A DNA stretch of 64,000 nucleotides from positions 960,001 through 1,024,000 of the forward strand of contig JAYQLI010000035.1 in the NCBI GenBank assembly GCA_038143065.1, in the 5' to 3' direction. A program made the translations under genes and the position numbers. Numbering within the stretch: the stretch's first letter is position 1; each line of letters opens with the position of its first letter. Shown in pieces: positions 1-10,797 of the stretch. The DNA is from Rhodospirillales bacterium. Its GTDB lineage: Bacteria; Pseudomonadota; Alphaproteobacteria; Bin95. The notes under the pieces were generated by a model, which saw only the letters and a program-made list of their open reading frames with translations, ran no database searches and was not told the origin of the DNA.

Positions 1-509
1 TCTCTATCGTGCTTTTGGCTAAAACGCCCAGCTTTAAATGGCGCTCCTTGCTCCCTTCATCTTGGTGGCCAGAATGGAGAGCAGTGGTTGTTTTTTTATT
101 AATCAGTGCAACCCTCATGGGCTTAACAATACAACTGACAAATCCAAACCATTTTTTCGGATTTCCCAGACGCGCACCAGAAATTTACCTAATTGTAATG
201 GGCCTATATCCCATACTGTCCGTTATCCCGCAGGGAATTATATACCGAGTTCTTTTCTTTAACCGATATGGTGAGCTGTTTTCAGACATCAGAATTACGC
301 TTCTTATGAGCGCAATAGCATTTTGCTTTGCTCATCTTCCATTTCAGAACTTATTTGCTGTCTGCCTTACTTTCTTTGGAGCCGTAGTCTTTAACTGGGC
401 ACACCACGTTCGAGGTTCTTTCTGGACAGCAAATCTGCTTCATATAGTCGGAGGTTGGTGCATCTGGACTATTGGCTTAAATCAATATTTCTATCACGGA
501 GTCATTTGA
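1..509 (+). CDS. CPBP (Abi/CAAX) family intramembrane protease-like protein, probably 5'-truncated by the window edge
   Basis: Hydrophobic ORF with YPILSVIPQGIIYRVLFF, FCFAH and LLH motifs typical of CPBP proteins. Confidence 0.75.
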   Translation, partial: SIVLLAKTPSFKWRSLLPSSWWPEWRAVVVFLLISATLMGLTIQLTNPNHFFGFPRRAPEIYLIVMGLYPILSVIPQGIIYRVLFFNRYGELFSDIRITLLMSAIAFCFAHLPFQNLFAVCLTFFGAVVFNWAHHVRGSFWTANLLHIVGGWCIWTIGLNQYFYHGVI

Positions 510-531
510 TGGACTCTTAGAACCAACCAGA

Positions 532-1248
532 TTAACGGTGCGCCTGAATTAAATCTCTAAGCTGTGTTTTCTGCTGCTGCCGCTCATCGAAATTTGATAA
601 ATCAAGCCAGGCTTCATAAGCCGCACGAAGTCCCGGCCACTCACTGTCTATAATTGAGAACCAAGTTGTATCTCTATTTCTATCTTTATAAACGACGGCT
701 TGGCGAAAGAGCCCTTCGTATCTAAAGCCGAACCTGACCGCCGCCCTTTTTGAGGGGGCATTCAAGCTATCGCATTTCCACTCATACCGACGATAACCTA
801 ATTCATCAAAAACGCGGCGCATTAATAAGAACATTGCTTCGGTTGCTGCTGGCTTGCGCTGTAAAAGCGGCGAATAGTGAATATTCCCCACTTCAATAAC
901 CCCATTTAAAGGATCTATTCTCATCAACGAAGCAACCCCAACCGGTTTTCCTGTTGAAATATCAATGATTGCATGAAAAAGCGGATCGTCGCTCAAGCAG
1001 GATGTTTCGATCCATCGTAAGCAAGCTTCTTCATTAGAAAACGGTTCATGCCCAAGATAAGTCCAATTCGCACCCCCACCATCTAATGCAAAGGCCTCAT
1101 AAAGCGAAGCTCCATGCTTTTCCGCGTTGATTGGTTCAATACGACAAAATCTTCCCTCAATTGGCGATCTTGGTGGCAAGGAACATGATGTCCAGTTATC
1201 CAAAATTTCCCCAACGCCTTGTCCAAGATGATTGGTTCTACTGGGCAA
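532..1248 (-). CDS. GNAT N-acetyltransferase, RimJ/RimL type
   Basis: GVIEVGNI, LGYRRYEWKCDSLNAPS and RNRDTTWFSIID motifs; TTG start at 1248 preceded by GGAGG. Confidence 0.9.
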   Translation of the reverse strand: MPSRTNHLGQGVGEILDNWTSCSLPPRSPIEGRFCRIEPINAEKHGASLYEAFALDGGGANWTYLGHEPFSNEEACLRWIETSCLSDDPLFHAIIDISTGKPVGVASLMRIDPLNGVIEVGNIHYSPLLQRKPAATEAMFLLMRRVFDELGYRRYEWKCDSLNAPSKRAAVRFGFRYEGLFRQAVVYKDRNRDTTWFSIIDSEWPGLRAAYEAWLDLSNFDERQQQKTQLRDLIQAHR

Positions 1249-1415
1249 AATACATCCTCCTAGATTTATAAAATGCATCTTACTTTACGCGAACTTTGAC
1301 TCATCACTCTTTCAAAAAGCATAGTTTAAAAAACTGAAACGAAAGTCCTGATTAGCCATCATTGAAAGATGATGATCAAGCGCGAATTCAAGGATACATA
1401 AAAAGGATCCGACTG

Positions 1416-1979
1416 ATGGCAGAACAGTTCTCTGAAATTTCTGAAGAGTTAGCCCAATGGATTTCTGAGCAAAAAATATTTTTTACCGCCACAGCAGCAC
1501 CAAATTCTCGCGTTAACCTCTCTCCTCGAGAAGGAAGTGCCTTACGCGTGCTAGGTCCTAACTCCGTTGTTTATCTCGATAAGACAGGAAGTGGCAACGA
1601 AACGGCTGCTCATTTAAAAGCTGATGGCAGAATGACTATTATGCTCTGCTCAGTTGAAGGCCCGCCGAGAATCTTAAGACTTTTTGGACAAGGTCGAGTA
1701 ATTCATCGAGATAGTAATGAGTATGATAAAATTTTACGCGCCCAATATGCAGGAACAGCACCGCCGGGAGCGCGACAGATAATTCATCTTCGGTTAGACC
1801 TTGCACAAACTTCCTGTGGTTTTGGCGTTCCTTTGTTTTCATTTGAACGCGAAAGAGACGTCTTGGTCCGATGGGCCACTGGGAAAGGTGAAGCAGGAAT
1901 CTCTGCTTATTGGGCAGAGAAAAATCAAACTAGCATCGACGGTCTTCCAACAGGTATTCTTGACGCGCCAGAGCAGTGA
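1416..1979 (+). CDS. Pyridoxamine 5'-phosphate oxidase-like flavin-binding split-barrel protein
   Basis: FFTATA, VNLSPRE, YLDKTGSGNETAAHL, QTSCGFGVP and NQTSIDGLP motifs; ATG 1416 after AAGGA. Confidence 0.85.
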   Translation: MAEQFSEISEELAQWISEQKIFFTATAAPNSRVNLSPREGSALRVLGPNSVVYLDKTGSGNETAAHLKADGRMTIMLCSVEGPPRILRLFGQGRVIHRDSNEYDKILRAQYAGTAPPGARQIIHLRLDLAQTSCGFGVPLFSFERERDVLVRWATGKGEAGISAYWAEKNQTSIDGLPTGILDAPEQ

Positions 1980-1982
1980 ATC

Positions 1983-2297
1983 CTACTTAGTCGCGATTTT
2001 CTCGCTCGCAGTTTGTATTAGTTCATCCATCTTAGCACGGAACCGTGAACTGCTAATCTCAATTCCTGCGGCCTTCATGTCTGCTAAAACTTCCTGAACC
2101 AAATGTTCATCATCCAGTTTTTGAAAGTGTGATGAACACAAATCTGCTGCATATGCTGACAGGGCCTCACCAGACAATCCCATTTCTGCCCCACCCCACT
2201 CACCGAGCAACTGATTGCGAAGAGTGACTAAGCTAGATCTGAATGCAAGGCCAAGTTTTGTGTTGGCATCAGACTTGTTCTCACACTCAGAGCTCAT
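1983..2297 (-). CDS. DUF1476 / F1Fo-ATPase inhibitor zeta subunit homolog with divergent N-terminus
   Basis: RNQLLGEW..MGLSG..AYA..V.ADM..AG..R.KMDEL core; divergent from the purC region as in many Alphaproteobacteria; ATG 2297 after AGGTGGAG. Confidence 0.8.
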   Translation of the reverse strand: MSSECENKSDANTKLGLAFRSSLVTLRNQLLGEWGGAEMGLSGEALSAYAADLCSSHFQKLDDEHLVQEVLADMKAAGIEISSSRFRAKMDELIQTASEKIATK

Positions 2298-2413
2298 GGC
2301 CACTCCACCTAATTAGCAAGTCTGTTTTTTTACTTACGTTCCTGTAACAATAGAGGTAGTTAACTCGCCCTGGTATTCAAAGGGTTTCCTTTTAGAAAAC
2401 GGAACAAAGTTTT

Positions 2414-3169
2414 ATGTGCACTGTTGTTCTGCTTCGGCGTCCAGAGCATGAATGGCCGTTAATTGTTGCAGCAAACAGAGATGAACGCGTTAATCGAGCA
2501 TGGGACCCCCCTGCTCGTCATTGGCCAGATCGTGCGGAAGTGATTGCAGGCAGAGATCGCGAAGCAAACGGCTCTTGGCTTGGAATGAACGACCATGGGA
2601 TAGTTGCTGCGATTCTTAACAGGTCGGGAAGCCTTGGGCCGGCCCCCGATAAGCGCAGTCGAGGAGAGCTGGTACTAGATGCATTAGATCATGCGGCCGC
2701 GCCTGATGCAGCAGAAGCTCTATCTGAAATTGATTCTGCCGCATTTAAAAGTTTCAATCTCGTTATTGCTGATGCCGAGCGAGCTTTCTGGGTAAAAGGT
2801 GAAGGAAATGGGGCTCCAGAAGTCTCGGAAGTACCTGACGGCATATCTATTTTCACTGCGCACGATATGAATGATGTACTGTCATCGCCTCGCACCCGCC
2901 ATTACCTTCCTTTATTTCAGAAAGCCCCTCCACCTAATCCGCAGCTTGGTGAATGGAAAGCCTGGGAAAATCTGGTTGCATCGAGAGAAATGGGAGCTGG
3001 GCAGACCGACGCCAACGCTGCTATTCACGTTGAAACAGATTGGGGTTTCGGAACAGTTTCGACTTCTTTGATCGCCTTGCCTTCGCTTGCAAATACAAAT
3101 CTTACTCCTAAATGGCGCTTCACCGAGGCATGGCCGATGCGACAACCGTACCGAGACATCTTGGCGTAA
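2414..3169 (+). CDS. NRDE/TANGO2 family protein
   Basis: MC start, AANRDE, GSWLGMN, RSRGELV, FNLVIAD and FGTVSTS motifs. Confidence 0.92.
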   Translation: MCTVVLLRRPEHEWPLIVAANRDERVNRAWDPPARHWPDRAEVIAGRDREANGSWLGMNDHGIVAAILNRSGSLGPAPDKRSRGELVLDALDHAAAPDAAEALSEIDSAAFKSFNLVIADAERAFWVKGEGNGAPEVSEVPDGISIFTAHDMNDVLSSPRTRHYLPLFQKAPPPNPQLGEWKAWENLVASREMGAGQTDANAAIHVETDWGFGTVSTSLIALPSLANTNLTPKWRFTEAWPMRQPYRDILA

Positions 3170-3277
3170 CTGAACGCAATGCATTCAAGGTCCGCATATC
3201 GTATAAGATAAAACGACTCTGGTATTGAGAATATCAACATCAGTCATTTTTATAGTTATATCGAAAGTTGCCCCACC

Positions 3278-4081
3278 ATGGCCCGCCGCAGACGCATTTA
3301 TGAAGGTAAGGCAAAGGTTTTATTTGAAGGACCTGAGCCAGGCACAATTGTCCAGTACTTTAAGGACGACGCCACTGCATTCAATAATCAGAAGCATGCC
3401 GTACTTGAAGGAAAAGGCGTACTCAATAACCGCATTAGTGAGTATCTCATGATGCGACTGCAGGATGTTGGTGTGCCAACTCATTTCATTAAACGACTAA
3501 ATATGCGGGAACAGCTTGTCAGGGAAGTTGATATAATTCCGATAGAAGTAGTGGTTAGAAATGTTGCGGCAGGCTCATTCTCTAAACGATTTGGCGTAGC
3601 AGAAGGTTCGCCATTACCTCGCTCAATCGTGGAGTATTATTATAAAGCAGATGAGCTAGGCGACCCAATGGTAACCGAGGAACATATAACTGCCTTTGGA
3701 TGGGCTTCACCTGCTGACCTGGATGATATGTTCAATCTGGCACTCAGGATAAATGACTATCTTACAGGGCTTTTCATAGGTTGCGGTCTCCGGCTAGTTG
3801 ACTTCAAAGTTGAGTTTGGCCGTCACCTTACCGAAGACTCTGAACAAATCGTTCTGGCTGATGAAATTAGTCCTGACAGCTGTCGGCTCTGGGATATAAC
3901 TTCAAACGAAGTTCTGGATAAAGATCGATTTAGAAAGGATATGGGAGGCGTAATCGAGGCATATCGTGAGGTGGCACGACGTCTGGGTATTCTTCAAGAG
4001 CAAAATGCAAATGTGACGGAAATTAACTCAGGAAAATCAAAAACAACTGGTCCAAAGTCTATCGAAGGAGGCAAGGAATGA
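3278..4081 (+). CDS. purC: SAICAR synthetase
   Basis: [38 protein letters not shown] and DKDRFR motifs. Confidence 0.98.
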   Translation: MARRRRIYEGKAKVLFEGPEPGTIVQYFKDDATAFNNQKHAVLEGKGVLNNRISEYLMMRLQDVGVPTHFIKRLNMREQLVREVDIIPIEVVVRNVAAGSFSKRFGVAEGSPLPRSIVEYYYKADELGDPMVTEEHITAFGWASPADLDDMFNLALRINDYLTGLFIGCGLRLVDFKVEFGRHLTEDSEQIVLADEISPDSCRLWDITSNEVLDKDRFRKDMGGVIEAYREVARRLGILQEQNANVTEINSGKSKTTGPKSIEGGKE

Positions 4082-4319
4082 GGGCTCGTGTTTCGATCCG
4101 TTTACGCCCTGATGTCCTTGATCCTCAGGGTAAGGCAATTGGACAGGCATTAGTCACCTTGGGTTTTTTGGTGTTAATAATGTTCGCCAAGGCAAGCTTA
4201 TCGAATTGGATGTGGAAGCTTCAGATGTAAGCAGTGCCGAACAGCAAGTACAGGCGATGTGCGAAAAATTACTCGCAAACCCAGTGATTGAAGATTATGA
4301 CATAGAGATCATAGCCTAA
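4078..4319 (+). CDS. purS: FGAM synthase subunit PurS (frameshift in a T-run near 4165; absent from the ORF track)
   Basis: Manual translation: [21 protein letters not shown], then in a shifted frame VRQGKLIEL...[14 protein letters not shown]; overlaps the purC stop and purQ start. Confidence 0.93.
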
Positions 4320-4986
4320 TGCGCACAGCTATAGTCGTTTTTCCGGGTTCCAATCGAGAGCGCGACATGGCTCTTGCCTGCCAGCGTGCATTTAATACAG
4401 ATCCTATCTTTGTTTGGCATGGTGACACAGACCTTCCTGAAGTCGATTTAGTTACTCTGCCAGGCGGCTTCAGTTATGGGGATTATCTTAGGCCAGGCGC
4501 TATCGCTGCAAGAGCCCCTATAATGGATGCCATCAGAGCCCATGCTCGCAAAGGGCGCCCAGTGTTAGGTGTATGCAACGGTTTTCAAATTTTAATTGAG
4601 TCTGGACTTCTAGCAGGCGCCCTTCTCAGAATTTCTGCCCTAAAATTTGTCTGCAGAGAGACGACGCTGATCTGTGGAACCTCCAACTCCCCATTTACTC
4701 GCAAGATGCAGGCCGGGACAAGCAAAATAACGGTCCCTGTAGCTCACCATGACGGCGGCTATTTTGTAACTCCAGACCAGAAAAAATGTTGGAAGATCGT
4801 GATCTCGTCGCTTTTCGTTATGAACCTGGGGACAACCCGAATGGTTCAACTGGCGACATTGCAGGTGTTCTAAATGCTGATCGGAATGTTCTCGGTTTAA
4901 TGCCTCACCCAGAAAATGCAGTGGACCCTCTCACAGGCGGTGATGATGGTTTAATTATTTTCAAAAGCTTATTAGCGGCGGCCTAA
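4319..4986 (+). CDS. purQ: FGAM synthase glutaminase subunit PurQ (frameshift in an A-run near 4785)
   Basis: [17 protein letters not shown] and GVCNGFQIL; second frame has NPNGS and GLMPHPE. Confidence 0.96.
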
Positions 4987-4990
4987 ACAA

Positions 4991-7181
4991 ATGCTCCCAG
5001 AAGAACCAGAAATTACCGATGAATTGGTTGCCGCACATGGTTTAACCCCAGAAGAGTACCAGCTTGTACTTCAGATAATGGGGCGAACACCAAATCTAAC
5101 AGAGCTCGGTGTTTTTTCTGCGATGTGGAGCGAACATTGTTCATATAAGTCATCTAAGAAGCACTTAAAAACTCTGCCTACCGAAGCCCCATGGGTTATT
5201 TGTGGACCTGGCGAGAATGCAGGGGTCGTGGATATTGGCGATGGTATGGCTGCGATCTTCAAGATGGAAAGTCATAATCACCCATCATTTATTGAACCTT
5301 ACCAAGGAGCTGCAACAGGTGTTGGGGGAATCCTAAGAGATGTGTTCACAATGGGGCTAGGCCTATCGCTAATCTCAATGCCCTTCGGTTTGGCAGTCCC
5401 AACCATCCAAAGACAAAGAGCCTGGTTGGAGGTGTTGTAGCCGGCATTGGAGGTTATGGAAATTGTGTTGGCGTCCCCACTGTTGGCGGGGAATGTGAGT
5501 TTGATGCTTCATACAATGGCAACAATCTCGTAAACGCAATGACAATTGGTGTGGCTCAGGCAGATAGAATTTTTTATTCAACTGCTGCTGGCATCGGTAA
5601 TCCTGTTGTATATGTGGGATCTAAAACTGGACGTGATGGAATTCACGGAGCATCCATGGCATCCGCTGAATTTGATGACGAATCAGAAGCTAAGAGGCCA
5701 ACTGTGCAGGTTGGTGATCCCTTTGCCGAAAAACTACTAATCGAAGCCTGTCTTGAATTAATGGCAACTGATGCAATTGTGGCCATTCAAGATATGGGAG
5801 CAGCTGGCCTAACATCCTCCTCCTTTGAAATGGCTGGTAAAGGTGGGCTTGGCCTCGACCTTTATCTTGACCAAGTTCCCATGCGTGAAGAAGGCATGAC
5901 ACCCTATGAGTTGATGCTTTCCGAAAGCCAGGAACGTATGCTCATTGTAATGAAGCCAGGTCAGGAAGATGTTGCTGCGAATATTTTTCTAAAATGGGGT
6001 CTCGATTTTGCTGTAATTGGCAAACTTACTGATACCGGTCGCATGAGACTGCATTGGCATGGCGAAATTGCTGGTGATTTGCCTATCCAACCACTTTCAG
6101 AAGCCTCACCTGAATACGACCGCCCATACACCATCCCTTCAGCTCGCCCTCACTTAGACCCCCATTCAGTTAAGGGTGAGGATTTAACCTCTGCTCTTGT
6201 TAAGCTGGTTGGTGGACCAAACCTATCTTCCCGGCGCTGGATATGGGAACAGTACGACAGCCTTGTAAGAGGTGATACAATTCACGGGCCCGGTGGAGAC
6301 GCAGCATTAATTCGTTTAGGTGACGGACCTAAAGGCCTAGCTGCAACAAGCGATGTTACTCCAAGATACTGTGCAGCAGACCCCATTGAAGGTGGCCGTC
6401 AAGCTGTAACAGAAGCATGGCGCAATCTTATCGCGTCTGGTGCAAAGCCCTTAGCGGTCACGGATAACCTGAACTTTGGCAACCCTGAGAAGCCTGAAAT
6501 TATGGGCCAATTTGTTGGCTGCATTCAAGGAATGGGAGACGCCTGCAGAGCTTTGAATTTCCCTGTAGTTTCGGGGAATGTATCACTCTATAATGAGACC
6601 AATGGTCAAGCGATTTTGCCAACGCCAACCATTGGGGCCATTGGGATTGTCGACGATATCAATAAAGCAACAACTCTGGCTTTAGAACCCGGTTTAGACC
6701 TGCTGCTTGTAGGCGAGACTGAAGGCTGGCTTGGTGCCTCACGTTATCTAATGGAAATCGAAGGAAGGGCTGATGGAGCTCCTCCACCGGTTAATCTTTC
6801 GGCCGAACTTCAGAACGGAAAATTCGTCTCTGAAATGATCTCAAAAGGTTTTTGCCGTATTTGTCATGACCTTTCAGGCGGAGGGCTTGCAGTAGGCCTT
6901 GCAAAGATGGTGATAGCTGGTGGCGTTGGAGCCAATATCCAAATACCAGATGGGGTAACCGCGGTGTTCTGGTTATTTGGGAAGATCAGGCACGGTATCT
7001 CCTGGCGGTATCTGATACGACCCGTGTGATTGAGGAAGCAAAGAAAGCGGGTATTCCTATATCGTGCGTTGGTCAAACAGGCGGTGAAAAGTTGACTGTT
7101 AATGACGCAATCTCCATATCAATCTCAGATTTAGAGCAAGCGTATGAAGGATGGTTTCCATCCTTCATGGCGGGCGCCTAA
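4991..7181 (+). CDS. purL: FGAM synthase subunit PurL (frameshifts near 5355 and 6980)
   Basis: [40 protein letters not shown] and [11 protein letters not shown]; ends [12 protein letters not shown]. Confidence 0.97.
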
Positions 7182-7203
7182 GCTAAACGGAGAGGAACGC
7201 GCC

Positions 7204-7443
7204 ATGGCTATGGATGCAAGTCAAATCGAGCAACTTATCAAAGAGGCGATGCCAGACGCGACTGTCGAAATACGTGATTTGGCAGGCGATGGCGATCATT
7301 ACGCTGCGCATGTCACTTCAATTGCTTTCAAAGGCAAAAATAGAGTGCAACAGCACCAACTCGTCTATGCCGCCCTTAAAGGGAGAATGGGTGGAGAATT
7401 ACACGCCCTTGCTCTCCAAACCTCAATACCTGAGGATGCCTAA
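7204..7443 (+). CDS. bolA: BolA/IbaG family protein
   Basis: DLAGDGDHY, FKGKNRVQQHQLVY and LHALAL motifs; adjacent to grxD. Confidence 0.93.
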   Translation: MAMDASQIEQLIKEAMPDATVEIRDLAGDGDHYAAHVTSIAFKGKNRVQQHQLVYAALKGRMGGELHALALQTSIPEDA

Positions 7444-7466
7444 CCTCTTTTGTGAAGGAGACTTTC

Positions 7467-7805
7467 ATGTCTGACGTAAATGCACGTATCCAAGCTGAAA
7501 TCGACGAAAACGCAGTTGTCCTATTTATGAAAGGTACACCTGTTTTTCCACAGTGCGGTTTCTCTGCAATGACTGTTCAGGTTCTTACTCACGTAGGAGT
7601 CCCATTTAAAGGAATCAACGTTCTAGAAGATATGGACATTCGCGAGGGTGTAAAGCAATTCTCAAATTGGCCAACCATTCCTCAGCTTTACGTAAAGGGA
7701 GAGTTCATCGGTGGCTGCGACATCGTTCGCGAAATGTATGAGTCCGGCGAACTTGAGCAGCTGATGAATGACAAAGGTGTAGTAGCTGCAGAGCAACAAG
7801 CTTAA
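7467..7805 (+). CDS. grxD: Monothiol glutaredoxin Grx4
   Basis: FMKGTP, CGFS active site, WPTIPQLY and GGCDI. Confidence 0.97.
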   Translation: MSDVNARIQAEIDENAVVLFMKGTPVFPQCGFSAMTVQVLTHVGVPFKGINVLEDMDIREGVKQFSNWPTIPQLYVKGEFIGGCDIVREMYESGELEQLMNDKGVVAAEQQA

Positions 7806-7829
7806 TCAAGGTTAATAGGAGGCGTTGGC

Positions 7830-9091
7830 ATGAACGTGTTTGATGCCATCGCGCTCCTTCTCGTCGCCACAGCATTAGCGGCATATATCAATCATCGATT
7901 ACTGAGGTTACCCCACACAATTGGCGTAGCCCTTGCCGCATTGATTGGGTCTTTCGTCGTACTCCTTATAGATTTACTTCTACCCAGCCTGTCGCTCGCC
8001 GAGCGAATGGTTAGTTTTATAGATAGCTTGGAGTTTGCCGACACTCTGCTGCAAGGAATGTTGAGTTTTTTGCTGTTCGCTGGGGCGCTTCATGTAGACC
8101 TAGACCGTCTTGCAGAACGGAAATGGCCAATCGCACTCTTGGCAACCGCAGGCGTAATAATCTCAACATTTGTTGTAGCTACCATAGTCTATTTTGGCTT
8201 TGAAATCATTGGTCATCCGATACCCTTTATTTGGTCTTTGGCCTTTGGCGCTTTGATTTCTCCGACTGACCCTGTGGCCACTCTTGGAATATTAAAGTCT
8301 TTACGGGTGCCCCCCTTCCGTTGCTGCAAAAATCGCTGGCGAAAGTCTTTTTAACGATGGCGTTGGCGTTGTCGTTTTTATTGTAATTGTTGGAATTGCA
8401 TCTGGCACCGGCGGAGGCGACAGCGCGTCAGAAGTCCTAATTTTCGCTGGCGAGATTTTCGTATTAGAAGCTTTTGGAGGGGCATTACTAGGATTGGTTG
8501 CCGGGTATTGTTGTTTTCTGGCTCTTGCAAGTGTTGATGATCACATAGTGGAAATCTTGTTAACGCTTGGGCTATGCGCAGGGCGTCTATTCACTTGCCT
8601 CATCTCTTCACCTTTCTGGCCCAATAGCAGTTGTGATTGCAGGACTTTTAATTGGTAACCAAGGTGTTGACCGTGCAATGACGGATCATACCCGCGACAA
8701 TCTTCTGCGGTTTTGGGAACTTTCAGACGAAATTCTAAATTCAGTTCTTTTCATGCTCTTGGGAATGGAAGCAATTGTAGTTGGTCTATCATGGGAATTG
8801 CTTCTAGCCGGAATAGTCGCAATCATCGCTATGCTCGCTGGAAGAGTTTCAGCAGTCGCAGCCGTTCTTTTTGCCTTCCGTCATACTGATGACTTCGACA
8901 AAGGGTCAGGAAAAGCGCTGATTTGGGGAGGGCTTAAAGGAGGCATCTCCGTCGCCCTTGCGCTTTCCTTGCCAGAAAGTGACGCAAAATCAGTACTTAT
9001 CGGGGTAACTTATATTGCTGTGGTATTCTCCTTACTTGCTCAAGGGCTTACCCTTCAGAGGGTACTAGGGCGAGCTTTTACCGATAGTTAG
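7830..9091 (+). CDS. CPA1/NhaP-type Na+/H+ antiporter (frameshifts near 8310 and 8570)
   Basis: LLFAGALH, FGALISPTDPVA, GESLFNDG (shifted frame), FWELSDEILNSVLF and WGGLKGGISVALAL. Confidence 0.9.
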
Positions 9092-9180
9092 TTTATTCTT
9101 AAGCATTTAAGTGTTTGATAAAGCGCACAACGCGTTATAAACCGCTTTATACTTTTGCGCTGTTTAAATCCTAACAATAT

Positions 9181-10797
9181 GTGAGCATCAATCCAGTGAA
9201 CAATGCAGACTTAATTGTCCAGTCCCTGAAAGAAGCGGGCATCACCCACGGTTTCGGTATCCCAAGCGGCAACGTCTTGCCCATGATTGATGCCATGCGG
9301 CGCGGAGGCATGGAATTTGTTTTGACTGCGCACGAAGGCTCCGCTTCTTTCGCGGCCGACGTTATGGGCAGACTAACGGGGAACCCTGGGTTTTGTATAG
9401 CGACCCTTGGACCAGGGGCAACTAATCTTGCGACGGGCGTAGGTTCAGCTTTCCTAGATCGTTCTCCAATGATCGCTATCACCTGTAATTTAAATACGCC
9501 GCAACTCGGCAGACGAATTCAAATGTGGATTGACCACCACGCACTCTTCCGCCCAATAACCAAAGCAACTTTAGCCGCACGGCATGACAATGTTGCTGAA
9601 GTAATGCGAGAAGCAATCTCAATTGCGCTGGCAGAGCCGCAAGGCCCGGTCCATATTGATCTGCCAGAAGATGTTTCACTCGCAGAAGCCAAGGGAGTGG
9701 CCCCTGCAGGAATTGCTCCAGCGACACGGCTTCCTAATGCTCAAGCAGAGGCATTGGCTAATGCTTCCAAAATTATATCGGAAGCAAAACGTCCGATTGC
9801 TGTTATCGGAAGTTCTGCAATGCGTATGCAAAGTCCCGAAAACTAACGGCATTCTTGGAAAGCATCGTATACCCTTTGCAACAACTACAATGGCGAAAGG
9901 CTTTGTGGATGATGATCACCCACTTGCCATTGGCTGCATAGAGCGCGGGCGTAGACAAGTTCAGAGATCATTTATTCGTTCTTGCGATCTCATACTTGGC
10001 CTTGGATATGATACAATCGAGGTGGAGTATGAAGCCTGGTCGTCAGACGTACCTGTTTTATCCCTAGATATAGAACCACCTGACGTTGCCGAAAGCGTTA
10101 ATCTCCAGGGGGCAGTCTCTGGTGATCTTGACGATATGCTTGAGCGTTTGGCGGGTATTACCACAATTCCAAATTCCTGAATGAAACTGAAATTAAAGCG
10201 CACAGAGAAAATTTTCAGGAGAGTCTTCGCCCTGATACAGCATCTTTCACTCCATGGCAGGCAATCGATGTTGTGCGTGAAGTGACCTCTAAAGATGGCA
10301 TATTATCATTTGACGTTGGCGCCCATACACACCAAATCGCCAGCCAATGGTCCGCGCACGCTCCTCGAGAATTTCTTATAACAAATGGATGGTCGTCAAT
10401 GGGGTTTGGACTCCCAGGCGCCATAGCAGCAAAGATTTCAAACCCAGATAAACCTGTCGTATGCCTGCTAGGTGATGGGTGTTTCCAGATGACAGCTGGT
10501 GAACTCGCTACGCTGCGTCGGATGAAGCTAGCTGTTCCAGTTGTAGTTCTGGATGACCGTTGGTTAAGCCTTATTCAGATCAAGCAACACAAGAGACAGT
10601 ATGAACAGTATGGCTCTAACGTTGAACCAGAGCCATATCGAGAACCTCCAAGCCACTATTTCAACGTCCCTACAGTAGGTGTTCGTAACCCAGATGACCT
10701 CCGAAAGGCTTTAGAAGCGGCTTTTAAAGCAGATGGCCCAACAGTTATTGAAGCTGTGGTAGATGGTTCACATTATTTTGAGACTGTGTTCGATTAA
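9181..10797 (+). CDS. Thiamine diphosphate-dependent enzyme, acetolactate synthase-like fold (frameshifts near 9840 and 10178)
   Basis: FGIPSG, HEGSASFAA, TLGPGATN, GPVHIDLPED, SSMGFGLPGA and the GDG ThDP motif. Confidence 0.9.

Noticed and set aside
4078-7181. Programmed frameshifting or true pseudogenisation of the pur operon
   Set aside because: The same indel pattern affects unrelated essential genes throughout the window with no amino-acid decay, so sequencing error is the simpler explanation
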